A DNA stretch of 64,000 nucleotides from Eledone cirrhosa (Eukaryota): the NCBI GenBank assembly GCA_964016885.1, contig OZ024744.1, positions 87,296,001 to 87,360,000 on the forward strand, given 5' to 3'. Shown here in pieces: positions 42,300 through 54,933 of this stretch. Both the position numbers and the translations under genes were made by a program. Under the pieces are notes generated by a model. It was not told the DNA's origin, made no database searches, and saw nothing but the letters and a program-made list of their open reading frames with translations. Numbering within the stretch: the stretch's first letter is position 1; each line of letters opens with the position of its first letter.

Positions 42300-42497
42300 A
42301 TAATTGTTTCTACTTTTGGCACAAGGTCAGCAAATACCCAGTGCATTACTGGTACTTTATTTTATCGACCCCCGTAAGGATGAAAGGTAAAGTTAACCTC
42401 GGCCGGCGGGATTTGAACTCAGAATGGCAAGGGCCGTAACTCTATGCTGCAAAGCATGGCGTCCGACCCTCTACCGATACTGCTAATCCACCGCCCT
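42300..42497 (-). mobile_element. SINE family 1 copy with target-site duplication
   Basis: acacatctctaataat on both flanks (~42289 and ~42499). Confidence 0.9.
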
Positions 42498-42954
42498 ACA
42501 CATCTCTAATAATCGTACACGTGAATGTGCTCACAGCCACACACATGCCTGGGCTCTCGCATGATGGTGCATATGTGCTTGTTCTTCTTGTGCGCGCGTC
42601 TGTAATTAGGTGACACACATTGCCACGGCTGTGACGCCGTCGCTGTTGAATACTTCCCAACATTCAATCGCTTCACCACGACCTCTCGGCTCTAGCCATC
42701 TCCACGTCTTACTTGAAACTATGCAGTTTCTGTCACGGACATACCACAAAATGAAATATATAAGGAAACGGTCATCTTCGCTACCGCTTCCTTTTCTATA
42801 CAACCCCTTGTGACTGCTTCTACGTATGTTTGTATATACGTATACGCAAAATTTCATATACACATTTATTCACCTTCATATTTTGCTCATTTCACGCGTT
42901 TGCGCTCTCATACATCGACATCTGACAGCAGCCAGTCCCATCACGGTCCAATGC

Positions 42955-45900
42955 TGTCTCACAAATGTGCCACACCGGTTTTTGGTCGGTGAGGAATACC
43001 TGGAGATGCTGCAGCCTCAGCGCATGTTTGCGCATCATCAGCCACGGCATTCCCAGCTCTCCGTTGGAAGGGTGCTGACAGAAGGCGGATCTCCTCACCA
43101 GTGGAACCTGCTTCTTCTACAGAAACTGGAAGAGCATACGTTCCATCTTGGCGAGGTGTTCACGGGGACAAGGCACGACAGACGAGCGGTAGTAGATGAC
43201 AGACGCTATGAAAGTGTTCACCAACTCCGCTCGACCTTTCAAGGACAGTTTGCACTCTGCCCACTTCTGGGTGAGCGCAAACACCTTGGCCGTGACCTCG
43301 TTCCAGTTTTTCTCCACCTGGAGGTCTGGATCGTACCAGACCCCGAGCAATTCCATTGGTCTGTCCGTCCAGCGTCCGACGACGCTGTCGAACGTCATCG
43401 GTTTGCCTCTCCACGTACCCAGTTGCAAACCGACAGACTTGTGCGGGTTTAGTTTTGCTCCCGTCAACGTTTCGTATTCTTTCAGTAAGTTGCCGATCAC
43501 CCCGATTTGTGAATGTGCTCGACACCATTACCGTCACGTCGTCGGCATAAGCCGATGCCGCTTTGCGCAGTCCCGGTTCCAGAGGGATGCCCTGCTACAG
43601 CTCCAATTTCCGCAGTAGTGGCTCTAGAGTCAATACATACAGAATGAAGGAGAGAGGGCACCCCTGTCGAATGGAACGCGTGATTTCGAACGGCTCCGAT
43701 AGGTAGCCGTTCACTTTGACCCTCGAGCAGATGCTGGTGTGCATCGCATTGATCCAGCTCTGAAAACGGGACCGAAACCGGCCGCATTGAGAAATGTTTC
43801 CAAGTATCGATGGTCGACGCTATCGAATGCCTTAGACTGATCCAAATTGACCATACACGACAACCTGCACCTCATGCAATACATCTCTATGATGTATTGC
43901 ATGAGGTGGAGGTTGTCGTGTATGGATCTGGTCGGGATTGCACACGTTTGCGCTTTCCCTACCAGGTTCTCGACGACAAGCGCCAACCTCGTCTTTAGCA
44001 CCTTGGCCAAAATCATTAACTCTGTGTTGAGCAGAGTTATGGGCCTGAAGTTATTAATTTCGTCCTCCTTGTTCTCATCTTTCCTGATCAGCGTTACTAC
44101 GCCCTTGCCTGCAGAACTGGGAATTCTCCCGTTCTGCAGGCAATTGCAGTAGACGGCTTCGAGGATGCCAGAGAACAAGCCCGGCATGCCTATGTAAAAC
44201 TCATAGGGTAGACCATCTAGACCGGGTGACTTGCGTTTCCCGCAGCGGCCCAGAGCGTCCCATATCTAAGTGTCCGTGATCGGTCTTTCGCAGAACTCGG
44301 CGTCCGTGTTCAAGAGACGCGGCTGGCCGTCGAGGTATAAACTAAAGTCCATTGCCCCGTTCGACTCACCGTCGTTCTGCTCAAACAGTCGCGCAAACTG
44401 CTGTTGAAAGGCCGCGCACATTCGCTTGGGGTCAAGTAGCACGCGTCCGTTTTGGTCTTTCAAAGACCGAATCGTGGACTTGTTGCCACTTTTTGCCTCC
44501 GCCACTCGGATCCAGCTGACAGCTTTCGCTTCTTCGTTTCCTAGAGCGCGTGTTTTGCTTCTTTACCACGCAGCTTCGTGTTTCGCATCGAAGAACTGGT
44601 CCAGTGCCGTTCTCGACGCTAACACTCTAGCCACGTTGTCACTTCTAAGTGCCTCCTCTACCTTGGCACTAGTTCTCTTTCTATTCTGTTTTTCTCTAAG
44701 GCTAACTCTCTGCTAAACCCTATCGATTCTATTCTAATTGTTTTCTTGAGAGAGTACCACCATCTATTGTTGACGATGGCTCCCGTTAACTGTTGCTTGA
44801 CTAGTCTACTTATCCGTTCACCGTAAGCTTTACGTGCCGGCAACGACACGTTCAGCTTCCAGTATCCGGGTCCCTGTCTCTGTGTTCTGTCACGCTTGAC
44901 TAAGCAGACGACCAATTTGTGATCTAAATAGGCAACCATGTGCATTTGTGGGCAGCTTAACTCCTCTTGTCCCTTTCACTAATGAACAACCTATCTAAAT
45001 ACGATCTAGATGCCCCGGTGCGGTTTGCCCACGTCCACTGTGGTGCAGTCGGGAAATCCAGTCGATATCTATCGGCCAGTTGGAATTGGCATATTAAATT
45101 GTTGAGGCTCCCACATAGACCCATCGTGCATATATGATACCATTCCAGTCCCACGATAAAGTAAGGAGCGAGACGTTCCCAGAAAAGACTCTACACGCTT
45201 AAAGAAGTATGGCTGTGATAGCGATTGCCCGGTCGGGGCATAAACGGCCACCAGTCTGAAGGCTCCACCTCCAATACTGTTCCCGTCTAGGACTATCAAT
45301 CTACCCTCCGGGTCCAAGTGTACTTGCGGTACTTCGACGTCCAGGTTCTTCCGGAACATGACAGCCACTCCTCCTCCACCTCCTGGCTGACAGAGAGATG
45401 CGTAGATCTCAAAGTCGTCGAAGATGGGGTTAGTTGCTGCCTGTTGTGGATCCTGGACTCGGTGATGGCTATCACATCCATACCGTGTGACCTAAGGTCG
45501 TTTAAAAGTTGACCCTGTTTCCAGGGCATCCCTAGGCCTCGCACATGCACGCTTCCAACTTTTGAACTAGCCATATTGGTGGAGAAGAGTTGGCGAAAAG
45601 GACGAAAAGGTGCACTTACCTTTTCGTTTCCTGGAGATCGGGTTGTTCAATCTCCTTTTCAGTTATGGTGGGGTTGTTGGGTGGGGTGGGGAAACATTTT
45701 AATAAGACGCGGTTAATAGGTTTTTGACAGGGATAGCCAACATCCTGCGAAAACTGTTATTCCCATTTCTGATAGGTTTCTTTCGAAACCCTTATTAGTT
45801 TTAGGTGTGGAGACGATTCTGCTTTGACGAAAGTTTTGCCCTCCGTCTCCACCTTGGCCTCCATCAAACTCCTCTTGTTTGTGTTGTTGTATGCGTATTG

Positions 45901-47800
45901 TTGTTTGTGTTTTTTTTGTGTTGTTTTAATTTGTTGTTCCTCCGGGAGTTTTCTTTTTATGGTGGGTGCTTGTGTTTGGGGTGGTGTTGGTGTTGGTTTT
46001 GCTGGTAGGGGGATGTTTGACTGTGGTGTTATTTGTGTTGCTGTTTGTGTCTGCAGTTGTGTGTTGGTGTTGGTGATTGGAGTTTTGGGGGTTTTGTGGT
46101 GTCTCTTTTTTTGTATTTTAGATATCTGAGGCTCTCCTTCTTCTTCACTTAAAGAAGGAGAAGCAGCCCCATCTGTCGGTGAATAATCATCGCCAGGAGT
46201 GTGGGGTAGGGGTATGTTGTGTGGTGCTGGTGTTTCCGTGTGTGTGTTTATGGTAGTGTTTGATGGAGTGGATGGGGTGGGATGTGTTCTTCAGGGCTGT
46301 TGTCTGTGTTTTTTCTGTTGCTGTTTGTTGAGTGTCTGTTTGTTTTGGTGTGTTTGCTCGTTTCGTCTGTTGTTGTACTTGTGGTGGTGGTTGTTTTGGT
46401 GTTGGTGTTGGTAATAGTGTTTTTTTAATGATGTTGTTGTGGTGTCTTTGTGAAGGACCTATCTAAATACGAACCTATCTAAATACGATCTAGATGTCCC
46501 GTTGCGGTTTGCCCACGTCCACTGTTGTGAAGTCGGGAAATCCAGTCGATACCTTTAGGTTAGCTGTGCTACCACAGCGAAAGCAATCAAGTTTACGCCC
46601 CTCCACCGAAATGTTTATTTTGTTGTTGTCGTCGATAACGACTTTTTCGGGTATTTTGGAGATTCTCTCCGGCTTCATTTGCATCAGAATCTCCAAATCA
46701 GTACCTGCCCAACTTTGTCTAATAGACATTCGTATTGAAAGAATAGCATTAGTCTCTGACTCCACGAAGCCAGCCAAGATCCACCAGATGTTAATGATTG
46801 GTGGTATATTTTTTATTTTTATTTTTTGTATCCTTTTCCCCATGTAAGTAGGGAAAAAGGTGAATGCTTTTGACACCATTGGTGTCACAGAATGTTTTTG
46901 GACGAGTGCCTCGCTTTTAAACAGTACGGAAATACTTCCGTACTATTTTCCTCGTTGTAGAAAGTCAATATTTGCTAGCGTCTCCTTCAAGCTGGCTTCT
47001 ATGTCTCCTTGACTCACAAATATTGGCTTTCTCGTTGCGTTGGAGACAGTCCTGAAGGTCACTGTCCTTTGAACTGTCTCTTCTTTTATTTCGAGGGTTG
47101 AGTTGATTCTAAACCCACCCTTGTCTTCGGAAGTTACAAATTTTCTCCTTTGCTGGAGCATATCTCTTGCATTGGAGATGTAAACATTCATAAAATCTTG
47201 TTTTTTGTCCACTGTTTCAGCGAAATACATTTTTTTATGTGTTGTTGATGTTGTTGTTGTTGTTGTTGTTGTTGTTAGCTTCGGTTTTGGAAATCGCAAT
47301 TTCTTGACGAGTGAACCTTTATGTGTAGCTGTATCTATGGAGTTGTTGTTGTTGTCTTTTTCATGTGTATGTATAGGTTTAATTCCTGTGTTTTCCTGTG
47401 TGTTATTTTTCTCCGCTTCTACGGTAGAAATTTTAAAATCTTCAAGTGGTAATATTATTTTTTTCTCTCTGTTGACAGTCGTATCCATGGCGACGTCCAT
47501 AGTAGCAGAAGCACATATGACGTTAATATCTGCATCTCTACCTCTCTACTCTCTGTCGACGTTCTCTAGCTTTCTTTCCGAGCTATTCATGTTTTATAGT
47601 TGGCAAAATTTAATTTTTTAAATTTATTTTTATATTAAATTTTCGTCTCTAAAGGTGCGAAAAATGGGATTACCACTCAGCTGACGATTCAGCTTGGGGA
47701 TTAATCTAGAAAATGATATATTTTTTCAAACAATTTGTTCATTTTTTTTGTATAGAAATTTACAAAGAAGCTTACTGGCGATGTTCCACGCAGATAAGGA
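42955..47800 (-). mobile_element. L1/Tx1-type LINE, copy A (decayed; ORF1, APE endonuclease, RT; 3' end missing)
   Basis: ORF1 pieces 46943-47500 and 46490-46888; APE motifs (HVRGL, TE, VYAP, SYLDR, DHK); GYWKLN, NFRPITLLN, LDQSKAFD, RQGCPLS, YADD; many frameshifts. Confidence 0.9.
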
Positions 47801-47814
47801 GATAGATAGATAGA

Positions 47815-50784
47815 TATGTTTCTTTTATTTGCCACCAGGGCATCAAAAGTGGGACAAGTACAATGGGGGGAGTTTACAAAACAAGACGTTCTCAATAAGG
47901 AGGAGGCAATAGCAATATATAAAAATAAAATAAAATATAACAAAAAATAAAATTTATAACAAAGTCCTCAATAGAGAGGAGGCGCCAACCCCCCCCCCCC
48001 CCCGAAAAAAAGTGTGCAACCCTTCTCCTCAGGAGCACAGAGAAGGGTGCTTCCTTGGTCTTTCATCTTCCTCACCTATAGTCTGATGTAGAGTGAAGGC
48101 CCATTCACACGGGCCATTCTCGCCACTTTCACCCATCTTTCATAAAAACGGCTGGGGTGCAGCACCTCTCTCTCTCCATCCTGATCCTTCTTCCGAAATG
48201 ATATCGGAAGAAACGGACCAGTTGTTGGCCAGAGAGAAAGGTGTCTGACCTCAGTCCTTTCAGACGCGTCCACCATACAACCTCTTTCGCCATGGCTATT
48301 ACGCACAGAAACACCGCCTCTCCTTCGTTTTTGAAGAGGGGAGGCGGCTTGATCGTTACAATAGACTCGGTGGTCAACCGGATCGGTCCCACCCTTGACA
48401 GCAGTTGTTCGACATAGCCCCACAGATCGGCAATGCCCGAGCAGTGTACCAATGCGTGTGCAACGGTTTCCTCGTCGCACACGCATCTGGGACAGATCTT
48501 TTTCGATGGGTCCCTACCCGGGCGCCCGTGTCTGTAGAGCCTTTCTCGAACGGGCAGAGCCCTTCTGTAGCATTGCCAGGCCAGGGACCTCTGGAAGTTA
48601 TCCATGGGTCCCGGGCTGAATGTCCTACCGAACAGGTTGGCCAGTTCGTCTTCCTCCATGCCTAGGGCTTCTACGAGGGCGTCGTCGCACCTGCTAACCA
48701 CCATCCCTCTATAGAATGACGAGGTGGATTCTCCACTGACAGCCGGGTCGGCCTGCCAGAGAGCCGTGAGCGCCTGGGCACACTCGGTGTGCCAGGCGCC
48801 CAGTTTTCTCGGTCTTTGCTTGACCCAGGATTGCAGCTCGGTGAGTGAGACGAGTCTGGGAAAGGCTCGCCTCACAAACGGGGCCCACACCGGTTGACCG
48901 GAGAGGAATACCTGAAGGTGCCGTAGCCTTAATGCGTGTTTACGTATCATTAGCCACGGCATCCCCAGCCCTCCTTTCGAAGGGTGTTGACAGCAGATGG
49001 ATCTCCTCACCATAGGAGCCCGCTTCTTCCAAAGGAATTGGAAGAGTGCGCGCTCCATTTTGGCGAGCGTTTCCCTTGGGCAAGGCACAACGGTCAGGCG
49101 GTAGTAGATGACGGACGCTATATAAGTGTTCGCCACCTCCACCCGACCTTTCAGGGACAGTTTGCACTCGGCCCACTTCTGGGTCAGTGCAAACACCCTG
49201 TTCGTTACCTCACCCCAGTTCTTCTCCACCTGGAGGTCTGGTCCGAACCAGACCCCGAGCAACTTCACCGGGCCCTCCGTCCAGCGCCCGACGACGCCAT
49301 CGGAGGGCATAGATCTGCTCCTCCACGTGCCGAGTTGCAGACCGATCGACTTGTCCCGGTTCAGCTTAGCCCCTGTAAACCTTTCGTACTCCTCCAGTAA
49401 GGTGCCGATCGCCCCGATTTCCGAGGCCGTCGACACCATTACTGTTACGTCATGGGCGTAGGCTGACACCGCTTTTCGCAATCCCGGTTCCAACGGGATG
49501 CCCTGCAACAACTTCCGCAGCAGTGGCTCTAGAGTCATTACGTACAGAAGGGAGGAGAGAGGGCACCCCTGTCGGATGGACCGCGCGATTTCGAACGGCT
49601 CCGAGAGGTAGCCGTTCACCTTGACTCTAGAGCAGATGCGGCTGCTGTGCATGGCATTGATCCAGCCCCTGAAAACGGGTCCGAAGCCTGCCGCCGCTAG
49701 CACCGCATCCAGGTAACCATGGTCGACCCTATAGAATGCCTTAGATTGATCCAAGTTGATCAGGGCCCCACCAAAGCCGGGTTCGTTCCCAACCCTCTCT
49801 ATGATGTATCGCATGAGGAGGAGGTTGTCGTGGATGGACCTGGATGGGATAGCACATGTCTGCGCATCTCCCACCAGGTTGCCCACGACAAGCGCCAACC
49901 TCTTTGCTAGCACCTTGGCCAAAATCTGTAACTCTGTATTTAGCAGAGTTATGGGCCTGAAATTATTTATATCGTCCCCCTTGTTCTCGTCCTTCCTCAC
50001 TAGCGTGACTACGCCCTTGGTCACAGCACAGGGAGTTCTCCCGCTCTGTTGCCAGTTGCAGTAGACCGCCTCGAGGAGATCGGGAAACAAGTCCGGCATA
50101 GCTAGATATAGTTCGTATGGAAGACCATCGAGACCCGGGGATTTGCGTTTGCCGCATTGGCTCAGCACGTCCTCTATCTCAGCGGCTGAAATCGGCTCCT
50201 CGCAGGACTTCGCCTCCCTGTCCGAGAGACGCGGCAGGCCGTCGAGGTATGGACCGAAGTCCACATCCCCAACCGGCCCCCTGCCCCTTCCGAACAATCC
50301 GGCAAAGTGCTTTTGAAAAGCCTCGCACATCTGCTTAGGTTCAAGGATCACCCGTCCATCCTGGTCTCGCAAAGACCGGATAGTGGATCTACTCCCTCTT
50401 TTGGCTTCTGTCACGCGGACCCAGCTAACAGCTTTGGTCCCCTCGTTTTCCAGAGCACGTATTTTGATTCGGACGATGCAGCCTTCGTGTTTCGCGTCGA
50501 AGAACTGGCCCAGGGCCGTTCTCGACGCTAGCACTCTGGCCACGTCGCCGCTTCTAATTGCCTCTTCTACACTATCTACCAACTCCCTTTCCTTCCTATT
50601 TCTATTTGAGGCTAACTCCTTACTAAATTCTATAGAGACTACTCTAATCTCTCTTTTGAGAGATCCCCACCACCTGCTGTTGACGATGGCGCCCGTCAAC
50701 CGCTACTTAACTAAAGTGCTAATCCGGTCCCTGTAAGCCTTACTTGCCGGTAAGGACAAGTTGAGCTTCCAGTAACCGGGTCCC
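47815..50784 (-). mobile_element. L1/Tx1-type LINE, copy B (5'-truncated)
   Basis: 856-aa ORF 48129-50699 with RT and C-terminal CPRC-x7-H-x4-C; catalytic YADD reads YAHD; 3' UTR with AATAAA runs into (TATC)n. Confidence 0.93.
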
Positions 50785-50938
50785 TTGGTCTTTCATCTTC
50801 CTCGCCTATAGTCTGATGTAGAGTGAAGGCCCATTCACACGGGCCATTCTCGCCACTTTCACCCATCTTTCATAAAAACGGCTGGGGTGCAGCACCTCTC
50901 TCTCCATCCTGGAGATAGATAGATAGATAGATAAATAA

Positions 50939-50981
<43 letters not shown>

Positions 50982-50982
50982 T

Positions 50983-51025
<43 letters not shown>

Positions 51026-51238
51026 TGTTTCTTTATTAGCCACAGGGGCACAAAAGAAGGGGACAAATACAAAGGGGGAAGTTTACATACAATAAAAACG
51101 TGTAAAATGTTATCACAAATGCAATTTAAAAAATTAGTCGATTTTCCCCAATAGGGGGAAATCGACTCATTTTTTAAATTGCATTTGTGATAACATTTTA
51201 CACGTTATTGTTGTAGGTAAACTTCCCCCTTTGTATTT
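50783..51238 (-). mobile_element. Two short LINE 3' fragments separated by (GATA)n, the second folded back
   Basis: 50783-50910 repeats 48053-48182; 51022-51158 matches 37684-37819 and is followed by its own inverted copy to ~51238. Confidence 0.85.
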
Positions 51239-51493
51239 ATAGATAGATAGATAGATAGATAGATTTCTATTTATTTGCCACGAGGGCACAAAAGAAGGGG
51301 ACAAATACACAGTGGGGGAGTTTACATAAATCGAGTAAAGAAAAAAAGGAATAACAATAATAATATAATAATAAAAAGTCCTTAAAAGGGAGGGGGCGTG
51401 TTGGGGATTGCACATACCCCCGAAAAGTGTGCAACCCTTTTCGCGGGGGAAGCCCAGAGAGGGGCGCTCCCCCTTTCCTCTTCACTTCTTCAC

Positions 51494-54400
51494 CTACAGA
51501 ACAATGTAGAGAGAAGGCCTATTTACACGAGCCATTCTCGCTTCTTTCACCCACCTTTCATAAAACTGTCTGGGGCCAAGCACTTCTCTCTCCATCCTGA
51601 TCCTTCTTCCGAAGTGGTATCGGAAGAAGTAAACCAGGTGATGGCCGGAGAGAAAGTCACCCGACCTCAGACCTTTCAGGCGCGTCCACCACACAACCTC
51701 TTTCATCATGGCTATTACGCACAGAAAGACCGCCTCTGCTTCATTTCTGAAGGGAGGAGGCGGCTTGATGTTCACCACAGACTCGGCGGTTAATCGAATC
51801 GGCGCCACACGCGACAGCAGTCGTTCGACGTAGCCCCACAGATCGGCAACGCCCGGGCAGTGTACCAGTGCATGCGCAACGGTTTCCTCGTCGCGCACGC
51901 ATCTGGGACAGATCTTTTTCGCTGGATCCCTACCCGTGCGCCTGTGTCTGTAGAGCTTTTCTCGAACGGGCAGAGCCCCCCGGTAACACTGCCAGGCTAG
52001 GGACCTCTGGAAGTTGTCCATGGGTCCCGGGCCGAAAGTTCTACCGAACAGGCTGGCCAGTTCGTCCTCCTCCATGACTAGCGACTCTCCAAGGGTGTCG
52101 TCGCCCCTGTTAGCCACCAGCCCTCTATAGAATGTCGAGGTGGATTCTCCACTGACAGTCGGGTCCGCTTGCCAGATAGCCGTGAGCGCCTGGGCACACT
52201 CGGTGTGCCAGTTGCCCAGTTTTCTCGGTCTTTGCTTCACCCAGGATTGCAGGTCGGTGAGCGAGACGAGCTGTGGGAAGGCTCGCCTCACAAACGGGGC
52301 CCACACCGGCTGACCGGTGATGAATACCTGTAGATGCCGTAGCCTCAATGCGTGCCTACGCATCAACAGCCACGGCATACCCAGCCCTCCTTTCGAAGGG
52401 TGCTGGCAGCAGATGGATCTCCTCACAATGGGAGGCCGCTTCTTCCAGAGGAACTGGAAGAGCATGCGTTCCATGATGGTGATCTTTTCCTTGGGGCAAG
52501 GCACGACGGTCAGGCGGTAGTAGATGACGGACGCTATGTAAGCGTTCGTCACCTCCGCCCGACCTTTCAGTGATAGTTTGCACTTGGCCCACTTCTGGGT
52601 CAGCGCAAACACCCTGCTCGTCACCTCGCCCCAATTCTTCTCCACCTGGAGGTCAGGTCCGAACTAGACCCCGAGCAGCTTCACCGGGCCCTCCGTCCAC
52701 CGCCCGACGACACCGTCTAACGGCATCGGTTTGCCCTTCCACGTTCCGAGTTGCAAACCGACTGACTAGTCCCGGGTTCAGCCTAGCCCCCGTCAGCATT
52801 TCGTATTCCTCCAGTAGGGTGGCGATCGCCCCGATTTCCGAGGCGTCCGCCACCATTACTGTTACGTCGTCGGCATAGGCCGAGACCGCTTTGTGCAATC
52901 CCGGTTCCAGGGGTATGCCCCGCAGCAACTCCAACTTCCGCAGCAGTGGCTCGAGAGTCAATACGTACAGAAGGGAGGAGAGGGGGCACCCCTGTCTGAT
53001 GGACCGGGTGATTTGAAGCGGCTCCGAGAGGTAGCCGTTTACTTTAATCCTAGAGTAGATGTTGCCACTGTGCATGGCAGAAATCCAGCCCCTGAAAACG
53101 GGTCCGAAGCCCGCCGCCGCTAGCACCGCATCCAGGTAACCATGGTCGACCCTTTCGAACGCCTTAGATTGATCCAAGTTGATCAGGGCCCCACCATAGC
53201 CGGGTTCGTTGCCAACCCTCTCTACGATGTATCGCATGAGGTGGAGGTTGTCGTGAATGGACCTGGACGGGATAGCGCATGTCTGCGCGTCTCCCACCAA
53301 ACCACCCACCACAAGCGCCAACCTCTTCGCCAACACCTTGGCCAAAATCTGTAACTCTGCATTAGGCAGAGTTATGGGCCTAAAGTTACTTAAGTCGTCC
53401 CCCTTGCTCTCGACCTTCCTCACTAGCGTGACCACGCCCTTGGTCACAGAACAGAGAATTCTCCCGTTCTGTTGCCAGTTGCAATAGACAGCCTCGAGGA
53501 GTTCGGAGAACAAGACCGGCATAGCTAAATAAAGTTCGTATGGTAGACCATCGAGACTCGGAGATTTGCGTCTGCTGCATTGGCTGAGCGCTTCCCCGAT
53601 TTCAGTGGCTGTGATTGGCCTTTCGCAGCACTCCGCTTCGCCGCTCGAAAGACGCGGTAGACCGTCGAGGTATGGACCGAAGTCCACATCCCCGTCCGGC
53701 CCCCCGCCCCCTCCGAACAGTCGAGCAAAGTGCCTTTGAAAGGCCTCGCACATCCGCTCAGGTTCAAGGATCACCCGTCCATCCTGGTCTCGCAAAGACC
53801 GAATGGTGGATTTAATCCCACTCTTGGCTTCTGTCACGCGGGCCCAGCTAACAGCTTTGGTCCCCTCGTTTCCTAAAGCACGTATTTTACTTCGGACAAC
53901 GCAGCCTTCGTGCTTCGCGTCAAAGAACTGGCTCAACGCCGTTCTCGCCGCTAACACTCTGGCCACGTCTCCGCTCCTAATCGCCTCTTCTAGTTTATCT
54001 GTTAACTCCCTTTCCTTCCTATTTCTATTCGCCGCTAGTTCCTTACTGTAACCTATCGAACTTACTCTAATCTCTCTCTTTAGAGATACCCACCACCTGC
54101 TGTTGACGATCGCTCCCGTCAACCGCATCTTAACTAAGCTACTAATCCGGTTCCTGTAATCTTTCTTTGCCGGCAAGGACAAGTTCATCTTCCAGTAACC
54201 GGGACCCTGTCTATGCGTTCTATCAAGGTTGACCACGCAGGTCACTAATTTGTGACCTGAATAGCCAACCATGATCAATTCTGGACAACTAAATATCCTT
54301 ACTCCTAACCAAAAACCTATCTAGGTACGATCTAGATTGTCCACTGCGGTTTGCCCAGGTCCAGGTTGGCGCAGTTGGACAATCTAGTCGAAATCTATCG

Positions 54401-54928
54401 ACCAGGTCGAATCGATCGAGTAACCCCTTGAGGCTGCTACACCCACCTCTATCGGGACATGCCCCTGCATAGTCCCAACGCGCATCTAGGATTTCATTCC
54501 AGTCCCCCACTAAAAGCAGGGAACGCGACATTCCTAGAAAAGTCTCCAGACGCTGGAAGAAGTCGGCTCTTTCAGCCCCGAAGGAGGCATAAAGACCGAC
54601 CAGTCTCAAAGCCCCGCCTTCACCGCCTCCGACGTCCAGCACCAGTAATCGACCCCCCGGGTCCGAGTGAACAATCTGTACGTCGAGAGCCAGACGTTTA
54701 TCCAGCAGTACGGCAACTCCCCGCCCCCCCCCCCCCCCCGCCTCCGGGTTGACAGAGAGATGCGTGCATCTCAAAGTCATCGAAGGCGGGAGCCAGCTGT
54801 CGCACGCTGCTGATCCGACTCTCGCAAACAACCATCACATCTATACTTCGTGACCTGAGGTCACTTAGAAGCTTTGCTTGCTTCCAAGCTGAGCCCAGGC
54901 CACGCGCGTTCAAACAGCCAACTCTCAA
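51494..54928 (-). pseudogene. LINE copy C ORF2 (APE endonuclease + reverse transcriptase), frameshifted
   Basis: CLNARGL, CE, LYA, VGDWN, SYLDR; RQGCPLS, YADD; CPRC..H..C; split into four ORFs. Confidence 0.9.
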
Positions 54929-54933
54929 TTGAT

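Noticed and set aside
47680-47720. CTGACGA...GAAA near the 5' end of LINE A
   Set aside because: Stems not supported.
48129-50699. Active reverse transcriptase
   Set aside because: YADD is YAHD, the endonuclease is missing and the C-terminus is frameshifted.
48053-50910. LTR retrotransposon suggested by the direct repeats
   Set aside because: Repeats are LINE ORF2 sequence; no TG..CA ends, PBS or integrase.
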